Below, piece by piece: positions 45,338 through 64,000 of a stretch of 64,000 bases of DNA. Within the stretch, counting starts at the first letter, position 1. The number at the start of each line of letters is the position of its first letter. Origin of the DNA: Tubiluchus corallicola (Eukaryota; Animalia; Priapulida); the NCBI GenBank assembly GCA_030141605.1, contig JAQGDQ010000050.1, positions 73,971 through 137,970 on the forward strand, read 5' to 3'. A model generated the notes under the pieces. That model had not been told where the DNA came from, made no database searches, and saw nothing but the letters and a program-made list of their open reading frames with translations. A program made the position numbers and the translations under genes.

Positions 45338-47416
45338 AAATCTTTTTTAAAATATGCAAAGTACTGCATGTATACAATTTGACAGTATGCTGATGATGTA
45401 ATTATTGGAAATGTAGTTTTCTAGTTTATAATAGCTTATTTACAAGGCCTTTTCATTATTTTTAATAATAGCCTGTAAAAATTGCTTGTAAGGTCTGTCG
45501 TAAAATAAATTTATGAAAAATGTCATCTTTTAATTTTGGCGCCGAGTTTCTATAGTTACGTTAGTTGCCAAACATAAAAATATTCTTGACACTGTTGCTG
45601 AAGTTACTTTGATCTACATGAAGGTTTCGCACTTCTGTATTAGTAAGCTCTAGTGCTATCATGCTAAGATGTGTTAATGATTGTGCTAAGTGATAAAGAC
45701 ATTTTTCCTGATCCTCAGCATTGAATAAGTGAATGCATTGTTGTTGGTTACATCCTCAACAGAATGGTTTGAGTTGTTTGCAGTCCTGTCACTTCTTTAC
45801 ACTTTGAAAAATTGTGTATGAAATTCTATGAGTGGGTTAAATAAAGTGGCTTTTGTTTCATGTAACTTTCCATGCTTTACTGAATGTGGATAATAATCAC
45901 TGTCCTAATTTACTGGAGTATATCTGCCAGCATAGATATTCAGTGCAGAATATCAAAGAATGTATGCAGCAACTTAAAACTAGTAAATAAACGTTCTTGT
46001 TTCTTTGCAAATAAACAAAATGATAACAATTAGCTGCTGTGTTTCTTAGTATTGTAACAACATCTAAGCATGACTGCTAAACAGTAAAAAAGCAAGAACA
46101 ACTGTAAAACAGTGGAAAAGTCTCTTTAGCCACAGTAACTTCTGTTCTCATGAAGAAAGTTATGCAAATATCGCAAGACTTTAGTAATGAACTTTCAGTC
46201 AGATCTATAATCATAATTACCTTATAATGACCACAACCATAGTCGTCAACACTAAAACCAGTTTACAATGCTCAAGCAAAAGTTGTGAAGAAATTTGTTG
46301 CAGTATCAAGAGACTAGGGCCTCTAGATAGAATGCCTCGTCCCCCACGATCCCATCTCATCGACCCACTGCCGAAGCTGAGTTTTTGTTATACATATAAT
46401 ATAATTTAGTATATAATAGTATTACAGTGTACTAATTAGGTGTCAATTACCAATTTGATTGAAATTGAATTTGACCCTATTGACCTGGCTTTTCAGGAGC
46501 AATCAAAAATTCTGCTAAACGCCCTTCATGTGTATACTCTTGGCTAGATTTTCCCTCATGAAATCCTAACTACTCTTTTTCACATACATCCACTTCACCA
46601 GTTTCATCATTTTCACAGCCATAACTTTGCTCTTTGTGCAAATGCCTCATTAGCAAATCTTTTTGTGTTCAATGTTTGTCAACATCTTATCTTTTGTTTC
46701 CTGTATTATGCTCATAATGGCTTTGCTTTCTTTAGTTTTACCTGTCATAATTAAATAAACTAGGAAAACCCAGCAAGCTTCGCTCGCCTTCTGCATCGCT
46801 GTTCGGAAACTCACTTCAGTCTAGTGGCAACTTTTTTCTATTCTTTTCATCATCTCTCTTTCTTACTCTTTCCCCCTCGTTCTCTCTCTCCCTTGTCATT
46901 TCAGTTTGCCCTGTGAAATTTCCTATTAAACTATTAAAAGCATCTGCGTCTAATTAGAAGGTAGCATATATTATGCCATTACTAACGTCACGCTTCTTTC
47001 CCATTGAAACGACACTTAATCATTGCAAGATCTGACATCACGGAAGGAAATAATGTTTTTTTGAAAAACGAATGCCCACGGGTCATCCTCCATGGCGATC
47101 AAGACGATATAAAAAACTCACATATATAGTATATGAGTTTTATGTACCCATAAAAACTCATATACATACCTTTGTATGACATAAAAAGCAGGGTAACGTG
47201 TCAGATGTGTCTGTGTGAAATGTAAGGAAGCAGGTAAAGCAAACATAGTGTTTTAACAAAAGATCCTATCTGAACAGTAGTATCTAGCAGACCACCAATA
47301 TGTCTATAAAGTCTGCACCTATTAGAATGCCAGAACAAAGTTACGGTTATATCACAAAACATAAAATTAGTTATTTTATTCCGGATCACCAGGCTGGTTG
47401 TATGCAATGTAATCCT

Positions 47417-54344
<6,928 letters not shown>

Positions 54345-57310
54345 CTGAAATGTAACAAAATAAATTAAAAAATATAAATTAAAGCAAAAAAGAATTTTGT
54401 GCAAAAAAGCTAACTAATAAGCTAGAATATAGGTACAACAAAGACTGTGGATTTGTATCAAGACATAAAAATGCAAAGCGTAATAAAAAATTATGGCCTA
54501 ACTAATGAAAGAATCAAAGAAAACACTGGCAGGCTCATGAGTTACAGAAAACAGTTTTAATGATTGAAAGTCAGTTACAAATAGCCTTTATAAGCTGCAC
54601 AGTTTTGGCACTTTGTTCACTCAAATGATTAACTGTACATATATCACACAGCCATAGAGGACTGACCTGATATGCTAAAAAGTAGTACTTCAAATAGCTA
54701 GTTAATGTGATGTAACTAGGAGTTTCTAATGCTGATCAATGTGAGAGAGTTTGATGTGAGGCTCAGATACAAACATCGTCATGATTAATTGTCTTCTAAT
54801 TACCACAGACTAGACTGAGGGTGCACTTGATAATATACCTAGCTGAAGTCCATTAGTAGCATGTGTTCTATAGTGACACATTTGCTGTTGAACATCAACA
54901 TGAACCAGAACAAAAAATTAAATCCATGGAAAGGAGATTCCGAGAATTTGGTTGTTTGCATAAGGTTAATATGCCACATTCAAACTCCATTTATGCACAT
55001 AATTAATTAGGCTAAATAAATTCAGAGGCATCAGTCATGTAGAACTTCACTGGTTATGTTATTAGTTTGCCAAATGAAGCTCCTCTTACTATAGCATTAT
55101 ATTAAGCACTTATGCCAGGAAGAAATCCAGAACAGTTAACCATAAACATTGTCCAAAACACCTCTAATTTATTCATTTCACAATGCTGACACTTTGCAAT
55201 TTTGGATAGAGTAGTGGCATCAGATAGTAAATGGATATTATTAACAATTCTATGCAAAAAAATAAATGAATTAATCATATTTAAATAGTTGATAAATATT
55301 GATGATATAAATTGAGCATACTGCAGAGGATTCAAACATGTTTGCTACAAACACATTTTTTTAGGTACGAAATATAGCTTGAGACTAAGCAGACGAAGTT
55401 TGCTTCACTCAGTTAGTCTGCTTGATTCCATGAAAATCTATTGTTGCAACAGACTAGACACTACTGTCTACTCATGGACACAGAGCTGAGGCCAAACTTG
55501 CTTTAACTGCATAATAATTTAACAAATTTATTATGGCAATAACTGTGCGCTCTCTAACAGATCATAAAAATATGAATAGTGATGTACTTTCTTAGGACAG
55601 CATGAGTGCACTCAACAGGGCTATGTAAACTATATTGTAAAGTTCAAACCATGACTAAATAATTTTGCACCTGCAACATAAAGAGAAAAATAACAAGTCG
55701 GACCCGTTATAACAAATTTGAGTGCATTGAAGAATTAGTCCCATAACTCGCAGCTTTTGTACAAGTAAACTTCCTGAACTGTAACAGAATACAATGACAG
55801 ACCGTGTTAGCTGAAGCCCAGTTCATTTGGGTTTACAGACGAGCTAGCCCATAAGAAGCCCAGTGGCTAGTCTAGCCAGTCATTCAGTCCTGTGAGTAGA
55901 GCTAGCAGGTAAGAATCATAGTGGCTAGTCTGTCAGTCCTTCAGTCTTAGGAGCAAAGCTAGCTGGTTGTTTGAACCGGCACATCAATAAAGAAGTGCAA
56001 AAATACAGGGTGTCAAGAAATGACAGGCAACTAGTTATCGCAAGTAGTTATAAACGAAATTTAAGTTTTTTTAATGACTGCATTATTTCTTTTGTGATAG
56101 TTTTTTTATTTAATATCTCATTTTATTATCCCAGGAACTCAAGACAACAATCTCTCTGAAGCACTGTCATTATCCCTTCATTGACTAATGGCCTACGAAT
56201 GAAATGATAGGCTCATGAATTAGAAGCATTCTTTATTAACCGTACTTTCTTTCATTTTTAGCTTGTTAATTAACACTGCTAAAATTGGCCACATGCATTT
56301 TTGTTCTTCTTCCTATCAGCCAAATGACAGAAATTGAGATCATTTAGGAAAATTAGCTTTGTAGTAAACAGCAAGGGAAAGGGGTTAAGTCCACTAAGAG
56401 AGAATAAACTTTTGTTGCATTATACTAAAGTATGACATCACTTGTTGGATCTTAGTCGAATTAGTCCATTCCCTTAGCTGTTGGACTTTATTATTCTTTT
56501 GCTGATGGACTCTTGTTTGATAACCTGTATTTGCAACTACGTTATTTCACATATGTTTACATAAGCTTACATTTCTTATGAGTATGTTATCAATGATTCA
56601 TACAATATTCCCAAATAGTGCAGATAAACCCAGTTTTTCATTACGTAATAATTAGAACTAAATGTTCTATACTGCATGTGGATGTGTAATTTTAGATTTG
56701 TAGCACATGTATAACAAATTAATTTACAATTAATTTCTTACAAGGTATTGTAATATATATTGTAAAAGATAATAGGTACATTACTTATTACAAGGCAAAA
56801 ATTTTGGCCTTTACATTAAGTGATAATCAGTCACTATTAAGTAGCAGTGTTCACTTAAAAATCTTGCAGCTAAGTTGATTTCTTCTTTTAGCCAATTAAG
56901 CCGAACTTTAACTCAGCTTTAACTGAGCTAGCCTATTTACCATGTGAGTTAGCTGATTCAGCAGCAAATGACTCGACTTCATCCTCTATTTATTTTAAGA
57001 TGATGTTAAAAACAAGAAACATTAGCTGGTAGGCTATTACAATTAACTATGAGATAAAATGCGTTAGCATAATTAAAATACACAATACAAATTAAAAGCA
57101 TAAATTAAAAATATTATGACGACACATTATAAAACCCTATTCACATTTAGATTTTCACATTTACACACACTAAAAACTAAGAATAAGGTTAGTGCTGAGT
57201 AACTCCAAATCCAGTTTGGGCAGAGCTTAGCTATTAAAGGACAAGAAAATGGCCAACCAAAGTAAGTCTCAGAAATCTTAAGTATAATCTTAAGCGAATA
57301 AAGTACTCAC

Positions 57311-57530
57311 GTTTTCACATTTACTCTAATTTTTGTAAAATATTTCAACCGCTGCAGTAAACATTGGCGCAGACATGTTTCATTTAGTCTGCCAACTGAA
57401 AAACCAGCTCGTGACTGATCACGTGGCATGACATCACTCGAACACAGTCGCAGTGAGTTCTGAGCTCTGTACTATAAAAGTCTTTGTGTTGTGGTTCTGT
57501 GACGTCATCTAGTATGGTGCCGCCGTGACA
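57311..57530 (-). promoter_or_regulatory. Probable ALAD promoter and first exon
   Basis: CpG-enriched patch with CACGTG (57420-57425), CACGAG and TGACGTCA (~57500), and a minus-strand GTGAGT donor at 57305-57310 pointing into ALAD. Confidence 0.55.
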
Positions 57531-59299
57531 GTCTCGCAGAAGTATTTACCATCAAAACAAACAGGAAATTCGTTTAACATGAGTATGATAAACGCTTAAG
57601 ATTGCCTCTAAACTTTATAATTCTTTAGCGAAAATTTTCGGAGACTTGCTTTAGCTAGGCCTTTTCTTGTCATTTAAGTAGTATGCTTACATCACTGGAT
57701 TAGATAAATTGATATGCCAGAGAGAACGTAAATTTGTAAGATAAAGAGCTGACACAATAGCAGCCACAGTCCCCTTAGTGACATACCTAGTTCTTTCACA
57801 ATATTCCCTGGGAATCGATCAAACCCAAGTAAAAGTAAAACTAAGTAAGAGTGCAATCCTCGAGAACATAATGACTGTTCGATTTTCTTGGCATCTGTCA
57901 GGCATCATTAATCATAGGGAGACGAGAAGAGAAGCTTCAAGACTTACTGCTGTTTAGTTTTCGTTAACGACCACGTACCTAACAAAAACTGGGTACATAA
58001 GATTATGTTTTGAAAACGAAGCTTCTCCAGATTGCCATCTGCGTAAAACATCGTGATGAAATCCACTCTGCAAAATGTGACTTGACCCGGCCATATTTTT
58101 GTTTTATTACATGCTATGCACAGCACAAGAAATTCCCTACACGCCAAAAAAGTTTACGAAAATCGTGATTTTAACATACTGTACTCTGTAACCAGTATGA
58201 GAATTGTTTGGTGAAAAAACGCACTGGCAAAATAAATATGACCATACATTCCGTAGCTTCCGATTTTTGGACTTCCTTCCCACCACTTATACAAGTCCAT
58301 ATTGTCGGGTCGTCGAAAAATATCGTATTTTATAGACTTTTTTATATTTGATTTCTACTATTAAAAGCAGCAGTTTTGCCAGGTACTCTAAACATTTGCT
58401 GAATTTCCTGTGCACGATGTAATTTATTATTATATATTAACCATGTATGGATTAATTATTATCGTGCTCATGGATTGAGCTCACTGATTGATAATTATTT
58501 GGTACAGTTGCTAACTCCTTTTTTCCACATGGTTACAATAGAATACACTAGAGACGAAATCCACGAGTTTGATAGTTAAAGTACAAGAAAATGGATACCT
58601 GAAGTAGGTTTCAGAAAAATCACCTTAAAAAATAATATTACTTTATAAAACTTTTATGCGTATATCGTACTGGCATCGAAAGGAATTTTGTTTGTCTTCA
58701 CTTTAAATCTCCCACAATACTGTTTCGATGGCACCATTACATGACGTCATATACACACAATCAGGGGAAGAAAAGGAAATGTTTAACTATGTCTCAAAAA
58801 ACTTTCCATGCAAATCTATATTACTTAGCTTTTCGCTTACCAGCTGGAGAGACTTATGTAACTAGAAAAGAAAATTTTTAATTATTTAAAATGTTTCACC
58901 AATTGGTAAAACATCATTGACTCACCCTCCACGGTGCATCACTCACTAACCAAAAACGTATTTTTAATCTTATTGACAAGATACAATAATTTAAAATTTT
59001 CCTCAGTTAGTGAACTTTTCATAATTTTTCTGCGTGTGTGCTACAAATGCTCTTATCATTTTTTCAAAGTTTATACAATGTTATCAAAACTTGTTTCAAA
59101 TGACTTGTCGTCAAATGCTGCGTCTAATGGTGATCTCTAGAGTTTCAATTTACATGTTTTATACAGCGTGACTGCCAATTGAAGTCTTGTATGTCAAAAG
59201 GCAGTATGTAAGTGATATAAAATTTCAAGACGAATTTTTTAAGCTTTATGTTTATGGAGGGTTTTCCTGTGTAAGGTTTTTTCTTGTGTTTTCTTGCTA

Positions 59300-60570
59300 C
59301 ATTGGATAGGAGCTATTGTTTAGTGATTCATTCAGAAAAGTTAAGACGAAAAAGTTTATTATAGAATTAGAGCTTGGGTTGAAGTTAAAAGGTGGCTCTC
59401 TTAAGTCCAAGGAGAGCCACACTCATGCGAAGTCACGTGAGTTTTATAATAGGTTGATACTGATGCAAGACTACGTCAGACGAGCCTCAATACAGATGAA
59501 CAAATTTGGAGAATCGGGGAGTATGGCTGGTGAGAGCGAAGTGCACAGATTTGTCACTCTGTGTGAGAGTCATTGACCCAAGGTTATACTAATCAGTATT
59601 AGACCATAGTAATATTAACCACTTGACAAGTGAAAACACAGCTTCCGAAACAGAAAGAAAAAAGCTTAGTTATAGAAGACATAATATACTTGTATGCGGA
59701 TGTCAACTACACGCAGCGAGAATTGAAATGACATTGTTATACTCTCAATAAAATGAACTGAACCTGAAGTGATGATACTTGTATGCAGAGGCTTATTACT
59801 TCCTTATATAAATAAATATATGCTGCGTTATTGTACAAATTATGAACTGATGATATAAGATGTTATGTTAACCTAAATGAACTTACTTCATATTAATCCC
59901 GCTAATGCTCGTATGTACATATCGTTTATGTACATCGGTATTATAACTTTCACATCCCATACAGTTAAGTTAGGAACCAGCATTAGCACCTTAGCTGGTG
60001 CCTTCTTATAAAGACCACAGATTTTGAGCATGTTACTTGCCCTGGCAGAATCTTGTTTTTATTTCTTCCTAGAGGAGGAAGGAAGATGAAGTTACTAATT
60101 TGATTTGACGAGAAATTCAGTGAAAAAGCCTGAAAAAAACGATCACAAATATAAGAAACATGTGGTACGATGATGCACTAGATGAAGGTAATTCAATGAT
60201 AACAACAGAGGAAAAATCTGTTTCCGATACTTTTTCATTGTTTGACTTAAGTACTTTCATTTCCTGTGTTGTGGCATACATAAAACGAGAAAATTTACAA
60301 AATTTGGAGCGAAGTAGATATTCAAAACAATTAGTTAAATTGGAGATTAAACTGAGATTACAGTTCGGAAAACATTTATGTTATGATTACTTTAATTGTG
60401 GAGAAAAGTTTCAAAATTTGCGTCAATATTGAATCTGATTTTTAATTTTTTTTCAATTTTCCAACAATGCTGATTTATCCCCTGGTGACGAGTGACGACG
60501 AATGATTTAAGCAATTACAGGAATACAGTAAAGCTTTACATGTTGAGAAAGACGTTTTAACAGAACAAAA
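59300..60570 (+). repeat. Left arm of ~1.3 kb diverged inverted repeat
   Basis: Reverse-complement match to 62130-63412, e.g. CACTAGATGAAGGTAATTCAATGATAACAACAGAGGAAAAAT and TATTGTTTAGTGATTCAT. Confidence 0.88.
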
Positions 60571-60699
60571 GCAGGTTTTGGATGTAAACGACTATTCTGA
60601 GCATGAACATTTGCAAGCATTTAGAACGACGTATGCATTGAAGCTTAGAATATATTAGATGAGAATATCTGACGAGTCAGTTTGTACAAATTCTAAGAG

Positions 60700-61130
60700 T
60701 AGAAGCTCAAGCGTTATCAAAATTTTTTGGGACTGATGACATTTCTTTTCGGGACTTTGTGACGGACATAGAATGGACTATGCGCTTTAGCAGTTCAATT
60801 GCACAAACCAATTATGAGGAAGCTCCGAAATTTTTGTTATTAAAATTGTTAAAGGAACAAGCTAATCGCTTGCTCAATGATTCTATAGATACTCCGAATG
60901 CATCTTTTGAACAACTCAAAACAATTTTATGAAACGCAAACTAAGGCAGCCGTAGCTTTCAAGAATTTAAATCATATTCAGCAATATCGCGACGAAACAA
61001 TAAGAAGTTTTTGTTTTAGAATTAAAAAATTTCGAAATCAGCTTATATGCAGGAACAGTTATCGTGTTCAAACTTTCAAGTGCGCACTTGATTAGTTTAT
61101 TTATTTATGGTTTGAAAGCTGATGTAAAAA
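60700..61130 (+). mobile_element. Decayed retrotransposon gag-like coding remnant
   Basis: KFFGTDDISFRDFVTDIE, LNHIQQYRDETIRSFCFRI (QxxxExxxxF major-homology-like) and FIYGLKADVK in order, with frameshifts. Confidence 0.55.
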
Positions 61131-61444
61131 TTCTGATTATGTTGGGTTTATGTAGTATTTAACGGGTTATGTAGTATCTAACGTGTATTGCTTTGCCAAT
61201 GTACATTGTATGTATTTGTGCAAATAAAACTGAATTGAATTGATTAGGCGGACATTATAATACATTGGAAGTGGCGATGAAGCCGGCAAATAATAAACTG
61301 GCTCCAGATTTAGTACTTTATTTGTCAGTATTTACGTGATTATAAAAGAGGAAAATGTATGGAAACGGAGGAAGGCACGTCATACTTACAAAACGCAACT
61401 GTAAAAAGTTCACCGTATTTCAGATCACGAAATCAAAATTACAT

Positions 61445-61689
61445 ATTCCTGTATATTATAGACGCAACTATTGTCAAGAATTCCTGTATATTATAGGCGC
61501 AACTATTATCAGGAATTCCTGTATATTATAGGAGCAACTATTGTCAGGAAATTCCTGTACATTATAGACGCAACTATTGTCAGGAATTCCTGCATATTAT
61601 AGAGGCAGCTATTGCCAGTAATTCCTGTATATAATAGACGCAACTATTACCAGGAAATTCCGGTATAAATAGACGGGGGGGGGGGGGGG
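61445..61689 (+). repeat. 35-bp tandem repeat (~6.5 copies) followed by a G15 run
   Basis: ATTCCTGTATATTATAGACGCAACTATTGTCAGGA units from 61445, 61480 onward. Confidence 0.92.
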
Positions 61690-62129
61690 TCGAAGGACCG
61701 CCGGACAAATGACCAGCGGTCGTCTTATGAATCGGCATGATGAGCATGACTACAACCTACGATTTTACGAAAGTACAACTCGTATTAGGAAATGTCATCC
61801 TTTTACGACTGAAATTGTCAGGCGTCTACATTGGAGTTAGTGCCACCAATTTCGTCAAGCAACAAATCAAGGGTAAGTAATCTTACTTGTATGTAGTTTA
61901 GCGATGTCCAGCGCGTCGTGCTCAGGCTCAAGTTCACAAATTTCCTTTTTGTGCCACTTACGAATTTTTGCGGATCAAGACATATATCGGGTTCTGAATT
62001 CGTGGTACGTTTATTAGTGATAATTCAATTTTGGCGTCTTCGGAGGACTACTGCGCGCCGTAAAAACAAAAAACGCCAACGTGAACTGTTTACTCTATCG
62101 CTTAGGCTGTATTAAAGAAGCTAAATCAT

Positions 62130-63412
62130 CTTGGCTCTGTTAAAATGCTTTGTCAACCTGTAAAGTCTTAGTGTACTCCTGTAATGACCTCAATCGTTCG
62201 TCGTCGTCAAGGAAACATATTTAATAAATCAGCCATCCTTGAAAAACTAAAAAAAATGAAAATGAAATTTAATATCACGCAAATTTTGAAACTATTTTCT
62301 CCGCAAGTAAAATAATCGTAACGAAAATGTTTTTCTAACTGAAATCTTATTTTAATCTCAAATTTAAATAATCGTTTTGAAAATCTGCCCCGTTCTACAT
62401 TTTGTTAATTTCCTCTTTTTACATATGCTACAACACAGGAATTGAAGGTACTTAAGTCAAACAATGAAAAAATATAGGAAACAGATAGCTCACATATTTT
62501 TCCTCTGTTGTTATCATTGAATTACCTTCATCTAGTGTATCATCATACCGCACGTTTCTTAGATTTGTGATCGTTTTTCAGGCCTTTTCACTGAATTTCT
62601 CGTCAGATCAAGTTATTTACTTCGTCTTCCTTCCTCCTCTAGGAAAAAATGAAAACAAGACTCTGCCAGGACTAGCAAAATGCTTGAAATCCGTCGTTTT
62701 CATACGAAGGCAGCAGTTAAGGTAGTAACGCTGGTTCCTAGTTTAATTGTATTGGCACGTGAAGGGTATTATAGCGGTGAACGTAAACGATGTGTACAAA
62801 CGAACATTAGCGGGATTAATTTGAAGTAAGTTCAGGTTAGCATAACATCTTAAACCAACAGCTCACAATTTGACAAAAACGGACAATATAATTATTTACA
62901 CAAGTAAGTAATAAGCTTCTGCATACAAGTATCGTCGCTTAAGGTTCAGTTAATCTTTTTGAGAGTGTATCTATTTTATTTCAAACCCTCGCTGAGTGCA
63001 GTCGGCATTCGGTGTACATGTATACTATGTCATCTATAAATAATCTTTCCTCTTTCTGTTTTGGAAGCTGCGTTTGCGCTTGTCAAGTGGCTAATGTTAC
63101 TTTAGGCTAATAATGATTAATATAGCCATGGGGCAATGACTGTCACACAGAATGACACAAATCTGTACACTTCGCCCTCTCTCCACTCTCCAGCGGGACG
63201 CCCCGATCCTCTAAATTTGTTCATCGAGGCTACTCTGACTAGTCTTGCATCTGTATCGACCTATTATTAAAGTCAGGTGGCTTCACTTGAGTGAGGCTCT
63301 CCTTGAACCCACCATCTTCTTGTAACTTCAACCCAAATTGTAATTCCAAATAATAACACTTTTCGTCTCAACTTCTCTGTATGAATCACTAAACAATAAC
63401 ATCTATCCAATA
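62130..63412 (-). repeat. Right arm of ~1.3 kb diverged inverted repeat
   Basis: Reverse complement of 59300-60570 with scattered substitutions and indels. Confidence 0.88.
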
Positions 63413-64000
63413 TCTCTACTTAACTATAATTTTTATTATAAGGCGGAGAGAAGACGGCGTGAGTAAAAAGTAGTTTTAGTATTGAGTGGCTAGTCCTATC
63501 CTGTTGCAAAGGAGTATTCTCAAAAAATCATATCATGCAGTGCCCTGGTCGGCTTTCTAGAGGCAGGGACTTATCACATACGAAATCGCTACTTTTGCAG
63601 TAGCTCCTGGTTTATCCTGGTCGACTGATGACTACCTCGGGATTATGTTGGTTTATCTAATTTATGGGAAAATATTAGAATCGGCACTTAGAGCCATTAT
63701 AACCTATAGACTATATGCTCTATGACGATTAATGTAATGAAATTATTCTTTACAAATTTGCCATCTGCATCATAATTACATGGCTGCTGACAAAATTTTA
63801 TTGTATTATCAATACATCGGTGGGTACAAAGCCGATCTATCGCGTAAATCTAAACATCCGATTAGCAACAGCAATATTAGAACATTTTTGTAAAAGCCCC
63901 ATGAATATGGAATAGAATAAAATGTGAATAATCTTCAAGATTAAAATACTAATGGCATTATCTAGATTAAATATCCAGTACATTTGTTTTAAAACGCATA

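Noticed and set aside
55585-56500. LHSPVECTHAVLRK (~55590-55630) and QLREWTN (~56460-56480) as ALAD exon 1
   Set aside because: Only 3-4 residue matches, an in-frame stop upstream or no suitable phase-2 donor, and no YP(I/L)F motif.

Overview
AT-rich, intron-containing animal (invertebrate) genomic DNA. Four conserved spliced genes can be rebuilt exon by exon with GT-AG junctions and consistent phases: a synaptotagmin-4/11-type gene (+), PRRC1 (-), GABARAP/Atg8 (+) and ALAD/porphobilinogen synthase (-). The usual first coding exon of ALAD could not be found. The left 9 kb is accessory. It holds an orphan two-finger C2H2 segment, a 91-bp minisatellite built from a LINE reverse-transcriptase motif, and a tandem pair of intronless S1 serine protease genes, one frameshifted in a T-run. 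The rest is decayed LINEs, SINE heads, MITEs, microsatellites and, at the right end, a ~1.3 kb inverted repeat around a gag-like remnant and a 35-bp tandem array. No rRNA, intact tRNA or CRISPR array is supported. All identity figures are by-eye estimates.
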